From contig CAZTAX010000002.1 in the NCBI GenBank assembly GCA_964611765.1, forward strand, positions 2,472 through 47,673: a DNA stretch of 45,202 nt, in the 5' to 3' direction. This DNA comes from an uncultured Akkermansia sp. (GTDB taxonomy: Bacteria; Verrucomicrobiota; Verrucomicrobiia; Verrucomicrobiales; Akkermansiaceae). Under the pieces are notes generated by a model. The model saw nothing but the letters and a program-made list of their open reading frames with translations. It was not told the DNA's origin and searched no databases. This document shows positions 18,218-28,617 of this stretch, in pieces; within the stretch, counting starts at the first letter, position 1, and every line of letters starts with the position of its first letter. A program made the position numbers and the translations under genes.

Positions 18218-20536
18218 TTAGATGGTTTCTTTCTTTTCTTCTTCTGAGGTAGAGGAATCATCGTGTGCAGATTTTTCCGGAGCCGGGGGCTCATCATCGG
18301 GAGTCTCCAGGTCGGTGGGGGAGTCCTCCTCCACCGGGATGGGCGGGGGCAGCTGGCGCACGGGCGGGTCTGTCATCTCGCCTGTTTCCAGAAGCTCGGC
18401 CACCTGCTTGCCGCTCAGTGTTTCGAACTCGATGAGCTTATCGGCAATGAGGAGCAGGCGTTCCTTATTCTCGGTGAGAATCTGCACGGCGCGGTTGTAG
18501 TTCTCCGTCACGATGCGCTGGATTTCCTCATCGATAATCTGGGCGGTGTGCTCCGAGAAGTTGCGGGTGGTCTGGGAGATATCGCGGGCCAGGAACACTT
18601 CGCTGTGGTTGGTGCCGTATTCGATGGGGCCGAGTTTCTCGCTCATGCCGTAGACGCAGACCATCTTGCGGGCAATGTTGGTGGCCTGGTGGATATCGCC
18701 GCTGGCACCGCCGGAAATATCGCCGAATACCACGAGTTCGGCGCAGCGGCCACCCATGGCCATCACGATGTAGTCCAGCAGCTCGCTCTTGTATTCGCTG
18801 TGCTTGTCTTCATCCGGCAGCATCATGGTCACACCCAGTGCCGGGCCGCGGGGAATGATGGTCACCTTGTGCAGCGGCAGGCTCCTGGCCAGTGCGGTCT
18901 TGAGCAGGCACACGGCGTGGCCGGCTTCGTGCACGGCGGTCATGTACTTCTCCTTGTCGGAGATTTCCAGAGAGCGGCGCTCGCGGCCCCAGCGCACCTT
19001 CTCGCGGGCTTCCTCCAGGTCGCTCTGATCAACCGTGGGCTTGTTCTGGCGAGCAGCGATGAGGGCGGCCTCGTTCACCAGGTTGGCCAGCTCCGCACCG
19101 GAGAAACCGGTGGTGGCGCGGGCAATCGGGCCCAGGTCCACGTCCGGAGAGAGTTTGACCTTACGGGCATGCACGCGCAGAATCTGCTCGCGGCCGGCGG
19201 CATCAGGCAGGTTCACCGTCACCTGGCGGTCGAAGCGACCGGGGCGCAGCAGGGCGGGATCCAGCACGTCCACGCGGTTGGTGGCGGCAATGACGATGAC
19301 ATTCTCGTTGGCAGTGAAACCGTCCATTTCCACAAGCAGGGCGTTGAGCGTCTGCTCGCGTTCATCGTGACCACCGCCCACGCCATGACCACGGTGGCGG
19401 CCTACCGCATCAATCTCATCGATGAAGATCAGGCAGGGGTTGTGCTTCTTGGCCTCGGCAAACATGTCGCGCACGCGGCTGGCACCCACACCTACGAACA
19501 TCTCCACGAAGTCTGAACCGGAGATGGTGTAGAAAGGCACCCCGGCTTCGCCGGCAATGGCACGGGCCAGCAGGGTCTTACCCGTGCCGGGAGGGCCTAC
19601 CATGAGCACGCCCTTGGGAATGGTGCCGCCCAGGTTGCGGAATTTCTTGGGATTGCGCAGGAACTCCACGATTTCCCACACTTCCTCCTTGGCTTCGGAG
19701 ATGCCGGCCACGTCCTTGAAGGTGACCTTGTTCTGGCTGGGGTCGAGCAGGCGGGCGCGGCTGCGGGCAAACTTCATGGCACCGCCGGGGCCACCACCCT
19801 GGGCCCGGAAGAAGAAGAACAGAAGCAGCAGCACGATGGCAAAGGGCAGCACATTGATGAGGAACATGCTCCAGGTGTTGCTTTCCACTACGTATTTCAC
19901 CTGGTTGCCCAGCAGGTCGCGCACCTGCTCACCCTGGAAGGCGGAGTTGAACTCCACGCGCACCGGCTCCAGGTCTTTGAGCTGGGCTTTGGTCGAGACA
20001 GGCAGCCGGTACTCGCCCACAATCACACCCTGGCCGGTACCTTCATAGATGACCGGGCTGCTGCCGGTGGTGATGATGCGGCCCTCGGCACCCATGCGGG
20101 CAAAGTCCTCGGTGGACCAGATGCGGTCGCCCTGCGGCTGCTGCGGGGCTGTCTCCACACGGGTGGTGGTGATACCGAAACGGTTGCAGAGTGCGCGGAT
20201 CTCATCAGAATCCGTGAAGGGCATGTAGAAAGCAGCCTTCGGGTACTGGGGCACATTGCGGTATTCAAATGCAGTGATGGTTCCCTCTGTGGAGGCTGAG
20301 TTCAGCGTTACTTCGATGGGAAATTCCTTAGGCTGGTTCAGTACTACTTTGCCGGCCTTGTAGTCCTGGCGGAACTGCTCCAGCGTGATGCTGCGGCCGG
20401 GGGAGGCCAGTGCGCCGTCAAACATGAAGGCAACCATCAGGATGCCGGCGATGACGGCCATCAGAATCATGACTCCCCAGTTCGGGGTGCCTCCGGGTGT
20501 GGGTAATTTGTTGGGCTGTTTGTTCGGGTCAGACAT
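18218..20536 (-). CDS. ftsH: ATP-dependent zinc metalloprotease FtsH
   Basis: Two TMs, [29 protein letters not shown]. Confidence 0.97.
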   Translation of the reverse strand: MSDPNKQPNKLPTPGGTPNWGVMILMAVIAGILMVAFMFDGALASPGRSITLEQFRQDYKAGKVVLNQPKEFPIEVTLNSASTEGTITAFEYRNVPQYPKAAFYMPFTDSDEIRALCNRFGITTTRVETAPQQPQGDRIWSTEDFARMGAEGRIITTGSSPVIYEGTGQGVIVGEYRLPVSTKAQLKDLEPVRVEFNSAFQGEQVRDLLGNQVKYVVESNTWSMFLINVLPFAIVLLLLFFFFRAQGGGPGGAMKFARSRARLLDPSQNKVTFKDVAGISEAKEEVWEIVEFLRNPKKFRNLGGTIPKGVLMVGPPGTGKTLLARAIAGEAGVPFYTISGSDFVEMFVGVGASRVRDMFAEAKKHNPCLIFIDEIDAVGRHRGHGVGGGHDEREQTLNALLVEMDGFTANENVIVIAATNRVDVLDPALLRPGRFDRQVTVNLPDAAGREQILRVHARKVKLSPDVDLGPIARATTGFSGAELANLVNEAALIAARQNKPTVDQSDLEEAREKVRWGRERRSLEISDKEKYMTAVHEAGHAVCLLKTALARSLPLHKVTIIPRGPALGVTMMLPDEDKHSEYKSELLDYIVMAMGGRCAELVVFGDISGGASGDIHQATNIARKMVCVYGMSEKLGPIEYGTNHSEVFLARDISQTTRNFSEHTAQIIDEEIQRIVTENYNRAVQILTENKERLLLIADKLIEFETLSGKQVAELLETGEMTDPPVRQLPPPIPVEEDSPTDLETPDDEPPAPEKSAHDDSSTSEEEKKETI

Positions 20537-20634
20537 AAGGTCCAGTTTTACTTTTTTCGCATTTTACCGCAGTTATTCCAGTTGCGGAATAGTCTTTTGT
20601 GCCATAAATGCCAAAAATGGCGTCAGCAGAATGC

Positions 20635-20665
20635 GGCAAAAGCGCGGAAAACCCGCGCTTTTGCC
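20635..20665. terminator. Hairpin downstream of ribBA
   Basis: 13-bp stem GGCAAAAGCGCGG/CCGCGCTTTTGCC. Confidence 0.55.
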
Positions 20666-20674
20666 TTGGGGGGG

Positions 20675-22036
20675 TTAAATCATGTGGCCCATGCGGTCTC
20701 GCTTGGTGTCCAGGTAGTGCTGGTTATCCGCGTGGCCGGGGATGGAGATGGCGACATGCTCCACGACATCCAGCCCGTGGCCGGAAAGCCCCTGAATCTT
20801 CAGCGGGTTATTGGTGAGCAGTCGCAGGTGCCGCACGCCGAGGTCGCGCAGAATCTGGGCGCCTACCCCGTAGTCTCGCAGGTCGGGGGCGAAACCGAGC
20901 TTGATGTTGGCATCCACGGTGTCGTAGCCCTGTTCCTGGAGCTTGTAGGCATGCAGCTTGGCAGAGAGGCCTATACCGCGGCCCTCCTGCCGCAGGTAGA
21001 GGATGACGCCGCCCTCCTGGGCTACTCGGCGCATGGCGGCGTGCAGCTGGCTGCCGCAGTCGCAGCGGCGGCTGGCAAACACATCGCCGGTGAGGCACTC
21101 GCTGTGTACGCGGCAGAGAATGGGCTTCTCCGGGTCAATTTCACCGCGCACCAGGGCCAGGTGGGTCTTACCGTCCACCTTGGAGTGGTAGGAGTAGCAG
21201 TCGAAATCACCGAAATCGGTGGGCAGTTTCACCACTTCCTCGCGGACGACGAGTTTTTCCGTGTGCTGGCGGTGCTCGATAATCTGAGCCAGGGAACAGG
21301 CTTTCAGCCCATACTTCTTCTGGAAGGTGCCCATTTCACCCAGGCGGGCCATGGTGCCGTCGTCCTTCATGATTTCGCAGCACACGCCTACCGGCTCCAT
21401 GCCTGCAATACGCAGGATATCCACTGAGCCTTCCGTGTGGCCGGCGCGGCGGATGACGCCGCCCTCCACGGCACGCAGCGGGAAGCAGTGGCCGGGCTGT
21501 ACAAAGTCATCCAGCGTACAGCGCGGGTCGGCCAGTTTGATGGTGGTGATGGAGCGTTCAAAGGCGCTGATGCCGGTGGTGATGCCTTCCTTGGCATCCA
21601 CGCTTACGGTGAAAGCGGTGTGGTGTTTTTCCGTGTTGTGCTGGGCCTGCATGGGCAGCCCCAGAGCATCCACGCGCTCGTGGGCCATGGGCACACAGAT
21701 GAGGCCGCGGGCATGCGTGGCAATGAAGTTGATATTCTGCGGCGTGGCAAACTGTCCGGCGCAGACGAGGTCCACCTCGTTTTCGCGGTGAGGATCATCC
21801 GTCATGAGGATGAGCTTGCCCATGCGCAGATCCTCAATCACCTCCTCCAGCGGGGAGTAGACGATGGGGTCGGTACCATCCGCCACGGGCACGGAGCAGG
21901 GGGGCAGTTCCTCCTTTTCCGGCTCCGGGGCGGGAGCAGGGGGGATCTCCTCGCCCATGGTGGCGGCATCGCAGCGATTGATGAAATCGTTGATATCGAA
22001 AGTGCCGTTGGTGGCGGTGAATTCGATGTGCTTCAT
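20675..22036 (-). CDS. ribBA: Bifunctional DHBP synthase / GTP cyclohydrolase II
   Basis: DDPHRENEVD, RAGHTE, RVHSECLTGD, RCDC, QEGRGIG, LTNNP. Confidence 0.95.
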   Translation of the reverse strand: MKHIEFTATNGTFDINDFINRCDAATMGEEIPPAPAPEPEKEELPPCSVPVADGTDPIVYSPLEEVIEDLRMGKLILMTDDPHRENEVDLVCAGQFATPQNINFIATHARGLICVPMAHERVDALGLPMQAQHNTEKHHTAFTVSVDAKEGITTGISAFERSITTIKLADPRCTLDDFVQPGHCFPLRAVEGGVIRRAGHTEGSVDILRIAGMEPVGVCCEIMKDDGTMARLGEMGTFQKKYGLKACSLAQIIEHRQHTEKLVVREEVVKLPTDFGDFDCYSYHSKVDGKTHLALVRGEIDPEKPILCRVHSECLTGDVFASRRCDCGSQLHAAMRRVAQEGGVILYLRQEGRGIGLSAKLHAYKLQEQGYDTVDANIKLGFAPDLRDYGVGAQILRDLGVRHLRLLTNNPLKIQGLSGHGLDVVEHVAISIPGHADNQHYLDTKRDRMGHMI

Positions 22037-22046
22037 GTGGTGGCGA

Positions 22047-23723
22047 TTACTTGTTCATCTTGGCCCAGGAGTCGCGCAGACCCACGGAGCGGTTGAACAC
22101 GGGGTGCTCGGCGCTGTGGTCGTAGCGGTCGGCCACGAAGTAGCCGGTGCGCTCGAACTGGCAGAGGAACTCGGCCGGGGCCTCGGCCAGCGCAGGTTCC
22201 ACCATGGCATCCCTCAGCACGGTCAGGGAATCCGCATTCAGAGAGGCCAGGAAACCTTCCTCGTTCGCATCCGGCGCTTCATCCTTGAACAGGCGGTCGT
22301 AGAGGCGCACCTCGGCCTGCACGCCATACTTGGCAGATACCCAGTGGATAGCGCCCTTGCACTTGATACCCTCCGGCGGGTTGGAACCCACCGTGCCGGG
22401 GATGATCTCGGCCTGCACCTCGGACACGTTGCCTTCGGCATCGGCGGTGTAGCCGGTGCAGATCATGCAATAGCCGCCACGCAGACGCACGCAGGCGCCG
22501 GGGGAGAGTCGCTTGTACTTCTTGGGCGGTTCCACCATGAAGTCATCCTGCTCAATCCAAACTTCCCTGGTGAGCATGAGCTTGCGGTTGCCAAGCTCCG
22601 GCTTCTCGGGGTTGATGACGACCTCAACCTCTTCCTCGAAATCATCAGGCACGTTGGTGAGCACCAGCTTGAGCGGTTTCAGCACGGCCATGCGGCGCTC
22701 GGCCTCGGCATTCAGTTCGTTGCGCACGGCGTTCTCCAGACGGGCCACATCGGTGTTGCCGTTGAACTTGGTGATACCCACGCCTTCGCAGAAATCCACG
22801 ATGGCCCTGGCGGGGTAGCCGCGGCGGCGCATACCGCAGATGGTGGGCATGCGGGGGTCATCCCAGCCGGCCACATAGCCTTCCTCCACCATCTGGCGGA
22901 GCTTGCGCTTGCTCATCACGGTGTAGGTGATGTTCAGGCGGGAGAATTCGCGCTGCTTCGGCTTGGCCGGCACCGGGCAGTTGTCGATGACCCATTCGTA
23001 GAGCGGGCGGTGGTTTTCGAATTCCAGCGTGCAGAGCGAGTGGGTGATGTGCTCGTAGGCGTCCTCCAGCGGGTGGGCAAAGTCGTACATCGGGTAGATG
23101 CACCAAGTGTTGCCTGTGTTGTGGTGGTGGTCGTAGGAGATGCGGTAAATCACCGGGTCGCGCATGTTCATGTTGCTGCTGGCCATGTCAATTTTGGCGC
23201 GCAGCACGGCGGCACCCTCAGCGTAGTCACCGCGCTTCATGGCCTCGAACAGAGACAGGTTCTCCTCCACAGAGGTGTTGCGGTAGGGGGACTCGATGCC
23301 GGGAGTCACCAGGTTGCCGCGCTGCTGGCGCATGGTTTCGCGGTCCTGCAGGTCGACGTAGGCCAGCCCCTTCCTGATGAGGGCCACGGCGCAGTCGTAG
23401 TAGAAATCAAAGATGTTGGAGGCCCAGTAGAGGTGCTCACCCCAGTCGAAGCCGAGCCAGTGGATGTCCTCCTGAATGGAGTTCACGAACTCAATGTCTT
23501 CCTTGCAGGGGTTGGTGTCGTCGAAGCGCAGGTGGCACACGGCACCCAGGTGGGCATATTCCTTGGCAAGACCGAAATCCAGACAGATGGCCTTGGCGTG
23601 GCCGATATGCAGGTAACCGTTCGGTTCCGGGGGAAAGCGCGTAATCGGCACCTCGCAATAACCTTCGGCCAGGTCTCTGGCTACCATATCGCGGATGAAG
23701 TCTTTTTTCTCCTCTGTCGTCAT
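22047..23723 (-). CDS. glnS: Glutamine--tRNA ligase
   Basis: TRFPPEPNGYLHIGH, THSLCTLEF, VMSKR, GWDDPR, QFERTGYF. Confidence 0.96.
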   Translation of the reverse strand: MTTEEKKDFIRDMVARDLAEGYCEVPITRFPPEPNGYLHIGHAKAICLDFGLAKEYAHLGAVCHLRFDDTNPCKEDIEFVNSIQEDIHWLGFDWGEHLYWASNIFDFYYDCAVALIRKGLAYVDLQDRETMRQQRGNLVTPGIESPYRNTSVEENLSLFEAMKRGDYAEGAAVLRAKIDMASSNMNMRDPVIYRISYDHHHNTGNTWCIYPMYDFAHPLEDAYEHITHSLCTLEFENHRPLYEWVIDNCPVPAKPKQREFSRLNITYTVMSKRKLRQMVEEGYVAGWDDPRMPTICGMRRRGYPARAIVDFCEGVGITKFNGNTDVARLENAVRNELNAEAERRMAVLKPLKLVLTNVPDDFEEEVEVVINPEKPELGNRKLMLTREVWIEQDDFMVEPPKKYKRLSPGACVRLRGGYCMICTGYTADAEGNVSEVQAEIIPGTVGSNPPEGIKCKGAIHWVSAKYGVQAEVRLYDRLFKDEAPDANEEGFLASLNADSLTVLRDAMVEPALAEAPAEFLCQFERTGYFVADRYDHSAEHPVFNRSVGLRDSWAKMNK

Positions 23724-23838
23724 GCGCGCGATTCTAACGCCAAAATGCCCCTGAATCAAGACAAATCGGGCTCATGACAGAGTGAAGTCGGGCAATTTGC
23801 ACTAGCCAAGGAGGGGGATATGTGCTAGAATAGGGCAC

Positions 23839-24522
23839 ATGGATAGAGAAGCGGTTGAAAAGAGCCTGGAGTATGTGTTTACCGATGAGACATGGCTGAG
23901 ACAGGCACTTACCCACCCCAGTGTGGACCAGAAACGCAGCACGAATCTGAATTATGAGCGGCTGGAGTATCTGGGCGATGCTGTGCTGGAGCTGGTGGTG
24001 AGCCGTGAGCTCTTTACCCGCTACCCGAAGGCCGATGAAGGCGTGCTGACCAAGATGCGCTCGGCCATTGTGAGCCGTGCCAATCTGGCAAAGCTGTGTG
24101 AGGAATTGAAGTGGGGTCAGTATATGGATATGAGCCCGCAGCTGGAGAAAAACGGTGGCCGCACGGCGCTCTCCATCCAGGCCAACACCTTTGAGAGTGT
24201 AATCGGTGCAGTGATGATGGATTCCAACTACAACGCTGCGCGCAAGGTGTCGCTCAGGTTGCTGGCATCCAGCCTGGATAATGCTCAGAATCTCATTTCC
24301 ATCAATCACAAGGGTGAGCTTCTGGAGAAGCTCCAGGCTATCGACGGTCAGGGACCGAAATATATTGTCGAACCGGTGGATGAATCAAAACCAGCCGGCC
24401 CGTTCCGCGCCAGGGTGATGTGGAATGATATGGAACTGGGCTGCGCCGAAGGCCAGAGTAAGCACAAGGCCGAAATGGCGGCGGCGGCTAATGCTCTTGA
24501 ACGGAAACTTTACCAATCTTAA
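23839..24522 (+). CDS. rnc: Ribonuclease III
   Basis: ALTHPS, NYERLEYLGDAVL signature, C-terminal dsRBD. Confidence 0.95.
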   Translation: MDREAVEKSLEYVFTDETWLRQALTHPSVDQKRSTNLNYERLEYLGDAVLELVVSRELFTRYPKADEGVLTKMRSAIVSRANLAKLCEELKWGQYMDMSPQLEKNGGRTALSIQANTFESVIGAVMMDSNYNAARKVSLRLLASSLDNAQNLISINHKGELLEKLQAIDGQGPKYIVEPVDESKPAGPFRARVMWNDMELGCAEGQSKHKAEMAAAANALERKLYQS

Positions 24523-25537
24523 GGGGCCTTTTCCAGAGGCACTTTGATGAATGGCTTATGCCCGATGGTGGCTGCGGTCATGGAGAACCCGCCTCCGTAG
24601 ATGCCATCACCTATGACGCTGATAACCGCTTTTGCTTTGGATATTACCATTAAGTCTACAAAGGCTTTGTCTGTAATTGCTTCATTGTGAGTATGCCGGA
24701 GCACATGGCCTACTTGCCCGGGAAGAATGGTGCAGAAATCGGGATGAGCAGCCTCGAGAAATCGGTTGCTGTCTGCAAAGAGGACTATACGCATCCCATG
24801 CTCACTGTATATGTTGCGGAGTGTCTGATTGATGTCTGCCGGCATAGCTTTCTGCTCATCCGCTGAGGCTGTCCCATTGAGGTCAGTGCAGCGTTCTTCC
24901 ACGGCTTCAAAAAAAATTCAGGAAACGAAGATGAACCGCCACATAGTTGTTTTCGTTCAGATTGGCGGCGGCCATGGCGTTCCCGACCATGCGTTCAAGT
25001 CTGGGCGACATTTTGAACAAAGACCAGAAAGCTGAGCTGAAGGTATATTTTTCCTGTATTCCCGGAGGAAGTACCTTTAAGTCGATCAGACTGCTGGCCC
25101 AGTAGCAGTGGTATTCCTTGCGGAGCGGATTAAGTTTGGGCCATGTCTGCAGAAACCATAGAAAGGCAACGTTGTTTAATCCTCTGCGAATTTCCTTCTG
25201 GTCGATTCTCCAGTCTACTTCGGCCGGTTCGAGATATTCTTCCAGATTGAAATCTTTATCGTGGTAAATGTAGTATTTACGATTGTTTTCTCTGGCTATT
25301 ACATACGCTGTCACGATGCTTCTTAACCTATCAGCGATTCCTGTAAACTCAGTTCCTTCTGTCATGTAACTGATAACCCGTTGTTCGGGGGGTGCGCAAG
25401 TCAATGATACTGTACATGTTGCAGAGTACGTTGAGTCTAGTGCCGGGCATGAAGGGTTCCGGGCTGTTGCGGTACAGGAAACGTATGAATTTACGCTTCA
25501 GACGGAATGAAAAATCCTTTAAGGAAAGAGGCCTCAT
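24519..25537 (-). pseudogene. Fucosyltransferase-like (GT-B) glycosyltransferase, broken by two +1 homopolymer frameshifts
   Basis: Three ORF pieces join into one frame if G6 (25387-25392) and A8 (24909-24916) each lose one base. Motifs GIADRLRSI, VAVHLRF, VLFADS, DLMVISKA resemble GDP-fucose transferases. Confidence 0.7.
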
Positions 25538-25538
25538 T

Positions 25539-26492
25539 TTATTTGAGTGGGGAGCTTTTGAGGGAGATGAGTCTGACGGGTGGGGATGTGGGTGCAATGG
25601 GGTGCTCTGCATCGCTGCCGGCCATGCGGAGAAAATGTCTGCCGGTTCGCGGTAAAAGGAGTCGGGTCATGTAGCGCATGTCATCCCTTGTGGTGGGGAG
25701 TTGGCCGCTGTCGATTACGTTGCCTTCTTCATTCACGAGCTCGACTACCGGGGCGATTTGCGGGCGGGGCTGGAGGTCAATGAGGAGACGCTGTGTGTTT
25801 TCGGGAATGCCGGCCCGGGCGTACCACTGACGGGAGAGGTTCATATAGCGCTCTGTCACATCCTCGGCGGCAAAATTGATTAAGTTGCCTTTGCTTGCGA
25901 GACGTTCCGGCCACCAGGTAGTGTTCCCGGAGGGCGTAGCGGCGAGGATTCGCTGGAAAGGATGCCGAGGATTGAGCATACCGATGTATTCCATGACCCA
26001 GGGAGTGTTGAAATCCTGCTCACCCATTTCAATCATGTGCCATGCATCATCGAACCAGGCTTCTGCCCAGGTGTGATTGCCGCGAATGTGGTTCCAGGTA
26101 TGCACCCCCACGGCGCGCGCCGGAATACCCACGGAGCGCAAGGCACAGACCAGCAGGATGCTCTGCCCGGTGCAGGAAATCTTCTTCTCCCGCAGCGTTT
26201 CCAGCACATTCATGTTGTGCTTGCGGCGCTCCTTGGAATAGTAGGCCCCCGTGGCTTTCCCTATGCCAGTGGAGATGGACAGCACGGCTTCGCGGGCCGT
26301 GGTGCAGCTGCGAACCAGGGGCGCCACTATGGGAGAGAGCACCGGGCGCCAGTCGCAGGGAATTTCATCTACCACGGTATCCGGAGTGATGGCAGCTGCC
26401 GCAATTTCTGCGGGGGCGGTGTTGCTCCACGGGTACTCACCCGCATACAGCGGTGAGAGCACCAGAAACAGAGCTGCCGGAAGCCACTTCAT
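25539..26492 (-). CDS. Secreted transglutaminase-like domain protein
   Basis: Signal peptide MKWLPAALFLVLSPLYA; SCTGQSILLVCALRSVGIPAR...NHTWAEAW; ATGA overlap with miaB. Confidence 0.85.
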   Translation of the reverse strand: MKWLPAALFLVLSPLYAGEYPWSNTAPAEIAAAAITPDTVVDEIPCDWRPVLSPIVAPLVRSCTTAREAVLSISTGIGKATGAYYSKERRKHNMNVLETLREKKISCTGQSILLVCALRSVGIPARAVGVHTWNHIRGNHTWAEAWFDDAWHMIEMGEQDFNTPWVMEYIGMLNPRHPFQRILAATPSGNTTWWPERLASKGNLINFAAEDVTERYMNLSRQWYARAGIPENTQRLLIDLQPRPQIAPVVELVNEEGNVIDSGQLPTTRDDMRYMTRLLLPRTGRHFLRMAGSDAEHPIAPTSPPVRLISLKSSPLK

Positions 26493-27847
26493 ACCACCTC
26501 TCCGTAAAGCGTAAATCCTGTGCATTCCGAAATGCACACTGGTACCAGGGTGCCGATTTCTGCGCTGCCGCCGGGGATGATGACGGGCTTGTTCTGCGAA
26601 GTGCGCCCCTGGAGTCGGTCGGGGTTGTTCTTGCTGGGGCCTTCCACGAGGATGGTCTGCTCGGTGCCTACCAGTGCCTGGTTGCGTGCCACGGCGATGC
26701 GGTTTACCGTTTCCAGCAGGTCGTGGTTGCGCTCTTCCTTCACCCGCAGGCAAATCTGGTTTTCCATGGCTGCGGCCACGGTGTCGCGGCGCGGGGAATA
26801 CTGGAATACGAAGGCATTATCGAACTGGATGCGCTCCACCGCAGCCTTGGTTTCCAGATAGTCCTCATGCGTTTCACCCGGGAAGCCCACGATGATATCC
26901 GTGGTGATGGCCAGATCGGGGCGGGCCTCGCGCATGGCTTCACAGAGCCGCAGGTATTTCTCGTTCTTATAGGGGCGGCGCATGAGCTGCAGAATGCGGT
27001 CGCTACCGCTCTGCATCGGGAAGTGGATGTGGCTGCACAGCTTGGGCAGGTAGGTGTACGCATTCACCAGATCCTGGCGGAAACCGATGGGGTGCGGGCT
27101 GGTGAAACGGATGCGCTCCAGCCCATCCATGTCGTTGAGCTTCTCGAGCAGGCGGACAAAGGCACCGCGGCCATTGATGACCGGTTCATCCTTGCCGTAG
27201 CGGTTCACTATCTGGCCCAGCAGGGTCACTTCCTTCACTCCGCGGTCGACCAGTTCCCGCACTTCCTGCAGAATGTCTGCCTCCGGGCGGCTGCATTCGG
27301 AGCCCCGGGTGCTGGGCACAATGCAATAGGAACAGCGCATTTCGCAGCCCTGCATGATAGAGACGAAGGCTGTGCAGTTGCCGGCGGGGGGCAGGTGGTC
27401 ACGGATAGAGTTCTGGAACCCCTCCTCCTGCTGCGTGGCGCAGATGTGTGCACCGCGGCGGATCGGCTCAAACTCCGGCTGCCCCAGACGGCTGCGCAGC
27501 AGACGGTTGCAGAGTTTGTATACATTGTGGTACTGCTGGGTGCCGGTCACGATATCCAGGCGGGGCACATCGCGGAAAAGCGAAGCTGCCCGGCTCTGGC
27601 TCATGCAGCCCATGAATCCATAGACCACCCAGGGCCTGGCCGTGGGGCGGGCGCAGAGCAGCCCCATCTTGCCCAGTGCTTTCAGTTCGGCTTTCTCGCG
27701 CACCGAACAGGTATTGATGAGGATGACGTCTGCCTGGTCTTCATCCTTGGTCAGCTCATAGCCGCCGGCCAGGAACATGCTCGCCACCTGTTCGGAGTCT
27801 CGCTCGTTCATCTGGCATCCGTAAGTCTTTATCAATACACTGGGCAT
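26489..27847 (-). CDS. miaB: tRNA methylthiotransferase MiaB
   Basis: TYGCQMN, NTCSVRE, radical SAM CEMRCSYC, DIIVGFPGET, TRAM domain. Confidence 0.93.
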   Translation of the reverse strand: MPSVLIKTYGCQMNERDSEQVASMFLAGGYELTKDEDQADVILINTCSVREKAELKALGKMGLLCARPTARPWVVYGFMGCMSQSRAASLFRDVPRLDIVTGTQQYHNVYKLCNRLLRSRLGQPEFEPIRRGAHICATQQEEGFQNSIRDHLPPAGNCTAFVSIMQGCEMRCSYCIVPSTRGSECSRPEADILQEVRELVDRGVKEVTLLGQIVNRYGKDEPVINGRGAFVRLLEKLNDMDGLERIRFTSPHPIGFRQDLVNAYTYLPKLCSHIHFPMQSGSDRILQLMRRPYKNEKYLRLCEAMREARPDLAITTDIIVGFPGETHEDYLETKAAVERIQFDNAFVFQYSPRRDTVAAAMENQICLRVKEERNHDLLETVNRIAVARNQALVGTEQTILVEGPSKNNPDRLQGRTSQNKPVIIPGGSAEIGTLVPVCISECTGFTLYGEVV

Positions 27848-27907
27848 GCGCGTATGCTACCACACCTGCCTGCGCATGAAAAGCCGAATTCAAGTCTGCC
27901 CCCTCAT

Positions 27908-28183
27908 TTAAGGATGCAGAAGCCCTTTGGTCGCTTTGAAGGTAAGCTCGCTGCGGGCGGGGATCTCGCGCATGGTGCCGGAGTTGATGTCGTATCCCTG
28001 ACGGGCCGCCCGCCGCTTTCGCTCAAAGGTGCCGAAGTGAGCAAGGTGCAGCTTATCGTCTGCTTCAGCCGTGGCCAGCTGTATGGAAGCGAGCACCGCC
28101 TCTACTGCGGCAGAAGCGGTGGCCCGGGTGGCACCGGGGCCCATGTAGCGTTGAACCCTGGCTATGAGTTGTTTCTTGTTCAC
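27908..28183 (-). CDS. HU/IHF-family DNA-binding protein (divergent)
   Basis: MNKKQLIA, FGTF, IPAR...FKA pattern. Confidence 0.85.
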   Translation of the reverse strand: MNKKQLIARVQRYMGPGATRATASAAVEAVLASIQLATAEADDKLHLAHFGTFERKRRAARQGYDINSGTMREIPARSELTFKATKGLLHP

Positions 28184-28602
28184 TTGTTCTTCAGAGCATC
28201 GCGAATCTCGCGCAGCAGCAGAATATCCTCCGGTGTGGGTGCCGGGGCAGGGGGCTCCGGTGCCGGTTCTGCCTTTTTGACTCGCAGCTTGCAGATGATG
28301 CGCACGGCCCAGAAGATGGTGAGCGCAATGATGAGGAAATCCAGCACGGTCTGGCAGAATGCACCGTATTTGATGACCGGGGCGCCTTCCTCTGCGCTGA
28401 GCGCATAGGCGAACTCAGCCAGGTTCCTGGTGCCGCCCGTGAGCATGGAGATGGCGGGCATGATGATATCGTTCACCAGGGAGGTGACAATCTTGCCGAA
28501 TGCACCACCGATGATGACACCGACGGCCATATCCACCACGTTGCCCTTCAGGGCAAATTTCTTGAATTCCTCAATCCATGAGGGGGTAATTTTTTCGAGC
28601 AT
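28180..28602 (-). CDS. mscL: Large-conductance mechanosensitive channel
   Basis: [39 protein letters not shown]. Confidence 0.96.
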   Translation of the reverse strand: MLEKITPSWIEEFKKFALKGNVVDMAVGVIIGGAFGKIVTSLVNDIIMPAISMLTGGTRNLAEFAYALSAEEGAPVIKYGAFCQTVLDFLIIALTIFWAVRIICKLRVKKAEPAPEPPAPAPTPEDILLLREIRDALKNK

Positions 28603-28617
28603 GATGATGTTGTCCGG

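Noticed and set aside
23839..24522. RNase III with ANTFES instead of ADxxEA
   Set aside because: The main signature and the catalytic Glu are intact; Asn at this position is not good evidence of inactivity.
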